Translations under genes and position numbers: made by a program
Part shown: positions 26,001 to 38,600 of the stretch, piece after piece
Numbering within the stretch: position 1 is the first letter of the stretch
Layout: every line of letters starts with the position of its first letter
Notes under the pieces: model-generated
The model's input: the letters and a program-made list of their open reading frames with translations, nothing else
What the model was told of the DNA's origin: nothing
The model's database searches: none
From: Phoronis australis
Lineage: Eukaryota > Animalia > Phoronida
Direction of reading: 5' to 3'
Assembly (NCBI GenBank): GCA_002633005.1
Contig: NMRA01000115.1
Coordinates: forward strand, 246,104 to 310,103
Length of the DNA: 64,000 nt

Positions 26001-29000
26001 TGTTTCGATCAATTTCCTTTACCGGCTTCAGATGCAATCATAAAACTGTAATTGACCGGGAACCAGAGGGCGTTGTGAGCGCATGCTAATTCAATGTTTG
26101 CCGACAGAGAGCTGTTGCGAAACAATAATTCGATTTTATATGCTATGGTCATAAGTTTGAGGATAGATATCCATTATTCAAATCAATGTTATTGTACAGC
26201 CTTTCACCCTGACGGTTCTGGAGAAGGAAAACCTGCCCTTCGCGGCCCCCGACAAGTAAGAAGATTTGCAATTACGCGGCCAATTCACCAAAAGAATAAT
26301 GTGCGCCTTATATTTTTGGTTCAGTAGTCGAGTGTTTTCGTGACTGAAAATCCAGTTTTCAACTTTGGCAGCCGACTAACTCGGCTGGTTTATGTTCGTG
26401 ATGTCTCTAGTCCGCGACCGGGTTCCAAGCCACTGGTTATACTGAGTTTTTGTGTCGTAAGAACTGAAAAAATTGTAAGTCTAAAATCACAACACACTGC
26501 TATGCACTCCTGCCTCTATTTCATGGAAGAATAATTCAAACTTATCATTGAACAGATCCAAACTTAATTACCGCAACCGATCTTGGTAAGTTGGCCTAAG
26601 GAACTTTGTAGGCACTGGATCGTTAAAATTTTCTATAAATACACCTGTACGTAACACCAAAATAAAACAACACGTTTGTTTTAAACCTCAGTGTAAGGGT
26701 TTTGCATCGAATTTTGATGATTTACTGGTGTAAACTGATGAAGTCAAGCGATAAGATGACACCATTAAGAGTGTTGTGACTGCTGAACAGACTGTGTTAG
26801 AACCTGTGACGTCATTGGTTAATTTCAGCAGCTCCGTCTGCCGTCTGATGTCAGGTAAAAGAACTAATTTTGCTGTTTCTCTTTTAATGTAATCCGTCAT
26901 TACATCATGAATATAAATAATTTGTAGTTTATTACACACATTACATATTCAAGTTTTTTCTGATACCCTGGGTAGATCTAGTAGATGTCCAAAATGTTTA
27001 AGTGCATGAACCCAGGACTACAACCTATCGAACCGGGCACAATCACAAGATGTTTTACATGCTAATTCAACACTTAGATGGTGAGCACTCTACAGTGTAA
27101 CACGCCCAAAATATTGTGCTGGGTAGACAATTGACGCTGCAACTGCTTGAATTTCATGGAATCTAACCTTTGCAGCCAAACCTAATCATCTCTAGAATGC
27201 AATGCGGGCAAGTTGGACACCATCCAGAATTGTAGATGGTGAGAGTGATTTGTTTATAGCATCTTCCATCCATAATCCTCTGGATCTAGTGCTGGTGACC
27301 TCCACCACGTGACTGACTGGTGATGGGCTCTGTTTACATTATTTGTGAATGCCTCTGTTGTTGGTGACAGAGTACACAGTTTCGGGGCGGTACTATATCC
27401 CTTGTCGCTTTCCTTACCCATACTAGTAGTCTTGTTTCCTGATATCTTCCTGATTCTGTTCATTCCATAACAGGCACATATACATTTAGTGGCCTGTTTT
27501 ATGACATCAGAAAATTGCGTATTAATAGTGCTAATGGCAGACAGGTGACATGTCCAGCCTTAAGTATTTTAACGATGCATTCCTTTCCAACTCCACAGTA
27601 GCATTCCACCGTGTTACACCCCTATGGAGCATGGGCAGGGAGGAGACCTTCACAATCATGGTTGTGGCATTGGAAGCTATTACTTGTCATAGTAATGCAC
27701 ACGAAGAACAAATACATTTATGTCATCCGAGACAACTGAATAGTTGCTAAATTCACATGCACATTTCACGTCCTGCTGCACAATAATGAAGCCGGCGTGC
27801 TCGTGAGAAGTCCCAGGTAATACCTACTGCCAATGTTCTTGTACTACCTGTATGTTAGTAGGACAGGGATCTTCATCAGTGATTACCGACCTGGTAGCCT
27901 TTCTTGAAGTCTGATAACATTGTCTGTCCAATGCTTATAGTTTCATGTACATTAACTTTTGGAGTGTAGCAATTCTGTCACTGCTAATTTTCACTACTGC
28001 GTCTTTGGGATGGACCTTGGGATCCAATATATCGATGCTGGTAACCTCATTTCAGCATTTACTCTGATCATTAAGCTAATCTGCGTATTTTCTACGGTCT
28101 GTAGAATTTGCATAATGGTGGCCTTAATTTGCATATTTTATAAATGTTCAAGGGTTGCAAACGGTCACCCNNNNNNNNCCCCCCCCCCCCTAACTATGGC
28201 TAAGCTACATGGAACAGCAAAGAAACACTTTATTCGGCAAGTCAAGGATGAAAAACAGCATTTGGCTCCCGAAGTAATATTCAGGTCTTGAAACTAGATA
28301 GACCAACGAAAATAATTATGCTCTGGTGCTGCTTTCCATTCTTCCCGTGTTTGGCGTGAGTTAAGCTGCAGAAGTAAACTTGGGGCTTTTATGCAGCTTT
28401 GTTTGTATTCTGGAAGCAACAGCAAAGTGGAAGTGGATTATTTTAATGAAATGACATCACAACTTACCACAACCAACCCTAATGTCTTGGAGTTGAATTT
28501 CCCAAAGGGAGTCTCTTTGGCGCCGAATCGCTTGAAGAAAGAATCACCTTTGTTCAATGACAGGTACCATCCTAAATGAAAAGCAGCAATGAATGCATTT
28601 GCAATGTGAACTTCATGAATTCGTTCATTTCAGTTTATTTCTCTCCATTTTTTCTCATGTGTACACGACATAACGCTATTTTAAAACATTGTGGTGCATG
28701 AGTGACAGCAACATTCAGCGTCATTACCGTTGTAAGAGGAGTGCCCTGGACATGATTATATAAATAAGATATATGCACCCTCTAGTGGTCAAGCTGTGCA
28801 TTACGTATGGAATTTTCCTATGATTTTTGGGTACTTTGGATATGGCCAAATATGGTCAGAACCTAGGAGTTTTGGGCCTTGCCCTTCAGATCGTGTGTGA
28901 TTGGTTGAACTTGTGTACTTAAGCTTTGTCTCTGTGGGCCACAAGGAGTCCAGTCGCAGAGCTCAGGAAGTTAACACCTACACTCTCACTTACACCAAAT

Positions 29001-29575
29001 TTCAACTATTCGTGCAGCTTTCGGGCTCCTTCCGAACTGGGTTGCCAATAGTTTAGTCCCAGCAATTCTCGGGATCCTCCTGAGCTTGATTGTATCTCAC
29101 CTTTCGGATCTGACTAACTAAATTGCCCCCGTTCTTGCACATACAACCATCATTAATTAGCGACTGGTCTGCCCGTGTATCAGAATTGTATAAATCACAA
29201 CACTGCGATACTAGATTATGGAACAACTAGATTGCTTGTAAATGTGAAAAATTGTATTTGTATCTTCTTACAATAAACCTATATACTATTCACCAACTGT
29301 TAGTTTTCAATATCACCCTCAGTCCGCACCGGGCTCGTAAAATCGGGGCACCTTGGTCGTAAATACCGCCCCCGTTACACCTTCATATATTTTGTTATTG
29401 CAAATTATCTTACCATCAAATGCATGGATAGGATAATTACACAATAAACCTCCGTCAGCGTAAAGCTTTTCGATTCCGCCCACCGATCTCATCCGGTAAG
29501 GCGCAACAAAACCTAGGTAAAACAAATATACAAAAATTAGTGTCGGGTCATGATTGAAATCCATGGCCACTTTGT

Positions 29576-29649
<74 letters not shown>

Positions 29650-32600
29650 ACGACCTTTGTTCGTCAATCACTCGCATCAACTCCAAAAAATGTATGACAA
29701 CTAGTTAATACCATTATATATTTCACATAGACACTCAACACTTAAACTGCTGCTTAAATATTATGAATGAAGAACAATGACTGGAAAAAACAGAGTTGCG
29801 AAGTGGACAGTAAATTTCTGATTTCTATGAATTCCACTTGCCTGGCAAAGCAACAGACATGCGCACAGCTTCAGCAATGGTAACATCCGGTGTTGTTTTG
29901 ACATGAAAATACTCTGGAGACATGGAGCTTATGCTGGCCACAACGACACACAGCTCAATCTGACGATCGTCATACAACTATAACAGAGATCGGGATATGT
30001 TTCATTTTTTCAAACTTTTGTCTTTATACTTTGAAGGCAAAACTGTGTTTAAACAGGTAAGTTCACGGGCTGTTCAAAATGATTTGTGCACTTCGCAAAC
30101 TAAATTATTGGAATGTAGCGTAGATACAACGCTGTAGTCTTTGAATGTATGTGATCACAGTTTTGTTGATTACGTTTAGCTTTACTTATTAAGTAATTGT
30201 AGATAAGCGCTCATTTAGGTCTTCTAGCGAGCTCTGATCATGCATCCATGTCTTATGGTTTACACGAAGGTTGCAAATTTCTCTAGCACATGTGATAAAG
30301 TCCTCTCTACCGCTTTTAGATATTATATTTGAACCTTCACCTGTTGAAATGTCGTCTTTCTGTTTCCCGTTTTCTCCTCTACTGCATCTTCCAAAGACAT
30401 CAATGCTCTCTCACCTGGGTGCAGGCCAAAGTATGAAAACACATTGGGAAGAAATGAGAAACAACCAAACTTTGCATCTGAAATATCAAGCGTAATTTTC
30501 TTTATATAGCGGTAGGTCAGTATAGTTCGGTAGCAGTCCTTCGTTTACACAAACTTCGTTGAAAACACGACTAGACTTTTTGTTTGCAAGCTTGATACTG
30601 GTGCGCTCGTAGTGTCGGAACAATTTTCTTTCTTCACGTGTGCAGCTACATGTATGAAGTAAAATACTTAGAGACATAACAAACAAACAAACAAATTAAA
30701 GCACTAGCTACATTTCGAGACTACATCATTATCGGTTAAAAATTTTGGAATCGCGATTGGTCAGTCGCGAAAAACCTGTGTTGATTGAGCAGCTCACAGG
30801 TGTGTACCGCACGCCGGGTCTGTTTCTATAGGGTTGCGGGCTTCCTACCGAGTGTTGCATTCACACTCTCTGCTTGTATGCCCCTCTTCCCGCTGGCACG
30901 TGTATTTCACTGTTTATTTCGCTATTCATATGTTCATTCCAGTTATTGCCTGATGATGAGACATGCAGTCTCGAAATTTGGTTAGAGTTTTAGTTTGTTT
31001 GTTATGCCTCTCGGTGTTTTACTTCATATCTGCACACCTGAAGAAAGGAGATTGTTCCGGCACTACGAGCTCGCCAGTATGTAGCTTGCAAACAAAATGT
31101 CTAGTCGTGTTTTCATTGAAGTTTGTATAGCGATAGATATAGAACTGCCAAGGTTCTTGCTGTTATATAAGCTTGACTTGGCAATTTCGAACTCTGTGTC
31201 TAAGTTGTTACAACTTCATATACAGTTGCTCCCCGACCAATGTGAAGCTCGATGCCCGATGTGAACGACGGACCTTCCGATGACATGGACGAACCTAGGA
31301 ATGCGAAAGACGGCGACAAATTGGAACGACCAGGTTGAGTGGTAGCGCTAATGTTTAGATTCTTTACACGCTATTTAAGTTAGCAAAGGATTTTGTCTTT
31401 TGAAGTGAACATCGCTAGCAATGTTACAACAGCAGTGTCGTATTAGGGAATTGATTGCATTTCCTGTGTGACATTTATTTGTCGACCTTTTCGTGTGGGC
31501 GTACATCCTCTAGCGGTGAATAAACATTTACCGCTTGACACGTGTCACGACGTTAATGGCTGCACAAAATTCACTTCTCGATCCGGTTCCGCCGAGAACC
31601 GTGAACGATAATGAAAGAAGTGCCTCCTATCTCATCCCCATTTTTTCTAATTCTCGTCCCTCCGCATTTTTGTTGAATGATCAAGCCTAAACTTCGCGTT
31701 ATATGAAAATGCTGTAGTATTACTACATGTACTGGCTTCAGCAGCATCGTGAGATGTTCACCGTAAGGCTGCTCTTTCGCCCTACACACTTTCAGTGCAA
31801 AAGGGGCTAAGCTTAGTCATCTGGAAAGGACTGAGTAGGCTCCGTTGTTTGAAGATATGCGGCGTGTTGGTTTAACGTGATGAAGTGATAAAGTTAGCGC
31901 CCGTTCCTTCTGACTCCGTTTTGCTCCACCTAGAGCTCGACCACGTCGGTTCGTGACCAAAAATCGGTCGCAATTTTGGGACTAATACCGAATCCCCAGC
32001 AGCTAGTATAGCAGTACAATCACACGTGAACAACACATGTAGAAATAAATCTCCAAATAAGTGTGCAAATGCTGAAATACACAAGAACGATTCTGTGACC
32101 CCTACACATTTCAATTTTGAAACAGACATGGTATGGCAAAGAAATAAGATGTCCTCAGTTTCTTTGCGAAATTAAACTCAAATGTTTGCACTCATGTTAG
32201 AAAATGTTTCTTGTAATCCAATTTTGACAGAAACGGGCAATTGGCAAATACCTTTTATATGACTCATTGTTCTGATGAAGGTTTCGTGAATCTCATCAGG
32301 ACCATATCCAACGGCAAACAGAAGGGCGGCCACAGCACCACCTGACGAGCCAGCCACGCGCTTAAACTTATGGAGAATTCCAATCTTTTGCAAAACCTGA
32401 AAAAGACTTGAGGTCGATTTACGAAGAAATTTCTACTGCTATGGTGCCAATTCAATGTGGGCATGCAATCTCATAACAGCCGTGTTGCTACGCGAAAGCT
32501 TACAGAGCGCTGATTGTTTACCACGAGACGATTAATGACCACCGTACCAGATGGTACGGGTAAATCGAACGTTTAAATCGACACTGATGTTTCTGCTTTC

Positions 32601-35600
32601 TTCCCTCAAAAGCTCTTTCTTAAGGGGATGCCAACATATTTCTTGGCAGCAGATTAACAGTTTTCAAACTAAACCAGACAACGACTAGAATTCAGCAACG
32701 CCTCACCCAGTGTTGCTCCACAAACGTGTCCGTATCTTAAACAATTTACTGCATAAATCCATCCATAAATGACAATAACCGGCTAAACGCAATAGCTCGA
32801 ACTTAAACTCCGACAAACAATTGACAAGAAAATGCTACTTTATTACAGTAATACTTCAATTTAAGTACCAAACAATTCTGGTTATCTGTTAAAGTTTATC
32901 TTAAATTTGAAACAATTATGTGGAAGTTTATTTTGAAATTTTCTGTGTAGAAAAAACCTTCCCGATAATGTCAAGAAAGATCTACTGGATATTGTCCTTC
33001 GAAACTCGAACGACAAGACCATAGTACTAGCTGATCAATTCGAAGAACAGGGATGAATATCATTCGAGTAAAAGTTTAGTGGGGTAGCTTAACAAGAGCC
33101 AAGCAATTGGTGGCTGAATAGTTTCAGTGGGTGTGCCCATCTTGATACTGTCGTGGAGGACATGTGGAACGAAGGACGAGGACAATTGCAAAAATATCGC
33201 GGAGGATCTAGAGAAGCACAGACATTCCCTTTCTGACCAGCAGCCGTGCCTTTCAATGGCCACGGACTTACAATCATCGTAATTGTTCAGAGCGAGCTGG
33301 TCATTGGGAGTGAGAATAGCAGTCTCTATTTTACTTTCCTTAAGCAGCGAATGTTCCAAATTAATTACGAAAAATCAAAACAATGGAGTTGTCGAAGAAG
33401 CGTGCCACTGTCAAGGAGAACGCCAACTATGGCGTTGAGACGCTGAACAGTTGTCGGTTAACCCTAGTACAGCAACGTAACTTTGATATAGGTGATAGCT
33501 TTCAGTATTAGCTTATCTAGCCCAGTCTCTACGGCCATGATCGACCAATACGGCAACCTGAGGAAGGGCGACAAAGCCTTTTTGTTCAAATCTACCAGTG
33601 TTGTCACGAACCATTCTTCTCCAAACGTGATGTTGCTTGATGGTGGCCAGGTTTTGTGCTAGGTCGTATGAACTGTCTCTGAAACTACTGTACAGATTTG
33701 GCGTCAAGATTCGATACGGAATGGTCTCCTATCATCCCGCTTGAAAGAAATTTGTTGTGTTTGAAAGATATTTAAACAAAGCTTACTACACAAAGGACCA
33801 CGAGAGGATCATACGAGGAAAACCTAAGAAAGCCCTGCTAACCACAAACACCCCTTCTTTACCGAGAAACTATTCTTAAAAACGCTATGTTCAACAAACT
33901 TATTATGCGCCCACATATTTATGTGGACGCATTATGCCGTCATCTCCGTCCGGCGTCCGGCATCCGCTACTCTATCTCCAAAACGCCTTGGCGTATGTTC
34001 TTGAAATTTTGCACATGTGTTCCTTCCGTAGATGGAGCGGCATGAGCGAACTTTTGGACTGATCCGATTACCGGTGTGCCCCCTAGTGGTAATTTTATTT
34101 TTTTACGTAATATACCTCCGTATCTTCAAAAGTCCACAACGGATTTTCATATTAAACTTTTGTACATAGGCACCCATTAGTGAGATGACGCTATTCTACC
34201 ATTTTCGGATGATTCAACATAGTTTGCTTCCAACTAGTGGCCGCTTTTACTGTTTTATGCGTCCAAACCTCTATCAACCAAATCTCCAAAAGGATGATTG
34301 TGAAAATTGGCATGTATGCTCTTACTCTGAAGTGGAAGGATGACGATGATTTTCCGACGACTTCAACTACTGTAACGCCTCCTAGTGGCAGTTTTTTTTT
34401 GTGCCTATGGCTGTATCTCTTAAACTGTTCCCAGGATCTTTACTAAATTAAGTAAGTGTATTAAAATGATGTTAACAACGGAAGACGACGACTTTCAGAC
34501 ATATTTTACTAGTGGTTTTCTCCCTAGTAGCAATTTTATTTTTTTACGTTTACCACTGTGTTTTCAAAGGTCCTCTGCGTATATTCATAAAATTTGGCAT
34601 ACAGGCATCTTTTAATGATTTGACGCTATCTCTCCGTTTTCAGATGAATTTGACCTAGCTTGCGCCATCTAGTGGCCATTTTTACTGTTTTCGAGTCTGT
34701 TTTTTTTAGCGTCCACTTGTCTATCAACCCAACCGCTTTTAGGATAATCGTGAAAATTGGCATGTATGTTTTTACTGTGAAGTGAACGGCTGACGATGAT
34801 TTTGCGACGATTTCGACTACTTTAGCGCCTCCTAGTGGCAATTTTGTTTTTATTTTGTGCTCATGACTGTATTTCCTAAACCGTTAGCTCGACCTTTACT
34901 TAATTCAGCAAGTGTATTTATGTGATGTTGACAACGGACGACGACGACTTTCGGACGGATCTGACTACTGGTGTGCTCCTTAGTGGCAATTTTAGTTTTT
35001 TACGTTTACCTCTGTATCTTCAAAGGTCCTCAACAGATTCTCATAAAATTTTGAATATAGGCATCTGTTGGTGAAATGACGCTATCCTCCTGCTTTTGGT
35101 TGGAACTGAGGTATTTTGCGCCACCTAGTGGCCATTTTTGCTGTTTTCAAATCTTCAGTTGTTTTTGTCGTCCACCCCTCTATCAACCAAATCATTTTAG
35201 GGATGTTTTTTGAAAATTGGCGCACATGTTCTCAGTGTAAAGAGGACTTTTGGTGATGGCGAGTGACTACTGTGGCGCCTCCTAGTGGTAGTTTTGTTTT
35301 GTTTTTGCGCCCATAGCTGTATCTCCTAAACACACTGCAGGATCTTTATTAAATTTAGTGAGTGTATTTATATGAAGATAACGACTGATGACGACGACTT
35401 TCAGGTGGATCCAACGGGCGCTGTGTCCACAAGTTGCAATTTCATTTTGTTCTGTTTTCCTTTGTTTCTTTGAAGTTCCTTGGCTGATTTTTATGAAATA
35501 TGTCATGTTCCCGTTTTTGGATGGATTGTACGCTTTTGTGCCATCTAGTGGCCATTTGCACACCATTTGCGATGCATTTCTTGGGCTTCAGCACTCCGCG

Positions 35601-38600
35601 TTGCTCTTGTTTTGGTATGCAGCTGTCCTCTTCCGCCCAACATCAAGCTGGTCAAGAATAACCATTGTGTAGTTAACCATGCTGAAGCAGACATTACACT
35701 TTATAGGTAAATATTGAAAGCGATGGAATAAAGCGCCCACACCATCACAGTACTCAGTTGCTATTGCAGTGGCGACTTCGTGCACTTGGTTTATGGGACA
35801 TCACATGTGCCAGTTAACGCCAAGATTCAAAGAGAAAAGGTATGGTATTATTTCAGACGTAATAGAACAGTTCAGAAATTAGACTCCAGCAAGTGCAGCC
35901 AACTTCTTGTAAACCATAGAATGTCAGAATGTGTGCGATACTGCGCTATGCTTTTGGAAAGGGAAGGCTGACTGCCCTTAACTCTTAGAAACGAGCATTC
36001 CAGCGCTCGACGAGGTATTGGGAGTGTCTGGTGCTACCCACGCTGAGCTTCGGATAGCTTAATGTGCATTCTTCTTCCCGTACCTCTGTGTCGGCAAAGA
36101 AGTTGTCAGACAATAAAAGCTGCCCGCGTTCACTTCCACCATGCCTCCACCAAACGTCACAAACGGATGCTAACATTCACTTGAACGTGTTCTGAACGTA
36201 CCCTCGGATGCTCCTGCGGAAGGCAGTTGACCACTAGCACACAGTAAAAAATAAACGTAATACCCACTTTGAATGGGAAGTCGACAGCTCTGTAGAAACA
36301 CTAGCTACTTCAACAGTACCAAGCTCTGCTAAACGTATATATCTGTAGTTGGGCAAGGGTGCCAAACTACAAGCGTGCAGCGACAGACGTTGCAGTTGCT
36401 ACAGTACCAACCTGTCCTGCACATACAATTACAAGTGAAAAGCAGATATGTTTGGCATAAGGTACACCAGCAGATACTGTCGACGGTGAAAGAAGAGCAG
36501 ATGTGAATGACGATTATGTATTCACCTATCATCAGATACTCAGGTGTACAAATTCAAAGAAGTGCAATTATCCCTTTGTACATGTTAATGCATAATGAAA
36601 AAGGATATAATTTGAAGTTGATTCTAAAAACATACCTGCGTAACAACACATCAATGCACAGTTAAATACGAATGTGGGACGCTCAATATTGCGACTTTGT
36701 TTATTGAGTATTTGGAAAGATCGGGGTCCAGTATTTGACACTTTCTTTAGAATAATAAAACAAACAAGAATGTTATCAGAGGCCTGCAAATAGCACGTCC
36801 AAACTATAAACACATAGTATACACACGTTTAATCTGAACGAACTAAGCGTCTACACGTAGCCCTATTCAGAAAAACATGCAATAATGTGACTTCGGTTAT
36901 TGAAATTCTGTTAGCATATCTAAGTCCAGTATTTAGCTATTCTTATCCTCAGTACTATGGGATGACAAAAGAAATCAAAAGATGTTGATATAATATTCCC
37001 CATATATTTAAGAGTTGGATTTTCCTTATTTCAATCCAACTTGACTTTGAATTTTCCGCTAGCCTTGAGTTTGGCCCTTCATCCATAAAATAATGCCATA
37101 AAGGGATTTTCCGTCCCAGACAACATTAGAATGAAGGCTACAATCTACATGTATTATGTTTAGAAGACGGAAATTTGGCGAAATTCAAGATGGTGGATGT
37201 TGCCATCTTGAATTATAAGAAATGGTCGAGGTTGCAAAAAGTTCAACCAGTTCAACCAAGTTATTTGTGTTCTCTTAACCAAGTATAATGAATTTCCAAA
37301 ATAAAAATATCGGTAAACAACATTGCAGGGTCATTTTTTGTAACTAGACTATAACCGTCACACAAGGCAATCAAATCAATCAATAAATCATTTATTTTAG
37401 TGACCTGTAGCAATTGCTACCCAGCCAAAACTTGGGCTTATAAGTCGCCATTTCCAAAGCGAACGTACAAAAGGCAACGTATACATGTATGCAATGACAA
37501 TATGAAAAGAAAATCCCACCAACCTTCCTAATCATTATTTAGTAAGTAGAAAACACCAACTTTTTTCGCCTGAGAAAAGCATTATAAATAAAACGGATGA
37601 GTAATTTAGTCACAGTGGTGTTAGTCTTCAGGAAAACAAACTGCTTAATCTGGTACTGCATATTTCACACACTTGATTACCGTCGGATTATAAGAGCGAA
37701 ATGAAAGCGACCTAACAGGTCGACACTTGGAGAAATCGTATGAATAAGGTAGTATGAAGACATAAGTATCAACACGTCAAAAAACGATGCCCTCAGCACC
37801 AACGGAAATGCAGAAGATCATATCGAAGATCCCGAAATCTGCCACCAAAACCGACAATGCTGTCAAAAACACCACAATTGAAGTAGTCGACGCTGCCTCC
37901 AACACTGATGGGACAACACCGATCTGCTGACAATATCGTAAAACTGCAAATATTGACAATGGGACATGAAACCACACCCAAAACTGACAATGCCAAATAC
38001 GGCTTCGCCACTGACAATGATTGCGCCGCATGAGGCCTGTGGTACTGGCTTGGCAAAGTCAGCGAAGTTGCTTCTGTCACCCTACGCCAGGTAAACTAAA
38101 CAATGAATCGCAAGTTTATCGTGTTGATAAGCTAACGACATCTAAAGAACAAGACAGAACCGGTAGATTTCCAACCAAACACAGTCGTACGGACGACGCA
38201 AATAATGCAATGGCGCTAGAAGACACCGAACACGGCACTATCATCATCGCCGTAATAATAATTATTGTCGTTATTATCGTCATTATTATTTGTCGATTTT
38301 GCAGTCTTTATTAAGAATCGACAAGAAAGTGAAGGGTGCCAAGTCAATAAACGAGCAGTTGTCAGAATGTGCTGGATAAATCCGGAACGATAAATCTAAA
38401 CTCATGGCTCATTTGACGCGTCTCTTGACTAAAACTATCTACATACCAACATTCAGAAGAACCCCTCAAAAGAAGCAAAAATTCGAAAAAACAGTCGTCA
38501 CAGCGCCATCTCATGTCCAATTTCAACAAAACGAGTAGGCCATAGGCAAGTGTGAATTACATGCTGAAGTTATGTGTTCATTTAGTGTCCATCAGTCGTG

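Larger units (their letters stand above)
24916..28207 (-). mobile_element. Internally deleted Academ (AcademX-type) DNA transposon in a patatin intron
   Basis: TAG...CTA termini; 4-bp TSD CATG (24912-24915 and 28208-28211); inverted subterminal repeats. Minus-strand relic peptides SHEHAGFIIVQQ, VVSDDINVFVL (XPG-like HEEAD/SDDTDVFVLL), LSPTTEAFTNNVNRAHHQ...LDPEDYGW, and a Cys-rich tail. Confidence 0.75.

Noticed and set aside
29319-29651. 110-aa ORF starting MCVCVCV
   Set aside because: Artefact of the (CA)n tract; only 29414-29512 is a real patatin exon.
33900-35583. Regularly recurring CTAGTGG motifs suggesting a repeat-spacer array or CTCF cluster
   Set aside because: The sequences between motifs are themselves repeated; this is the tandem core of an interspersed repeat, also seen near 50230-50620.
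36329-36532. Cys-rich minus ORF resembling an EGF or piggyBac C-terminal domain
   Set aside because: It is the antisense of the Academ Cys-rich tail on the plus strand.
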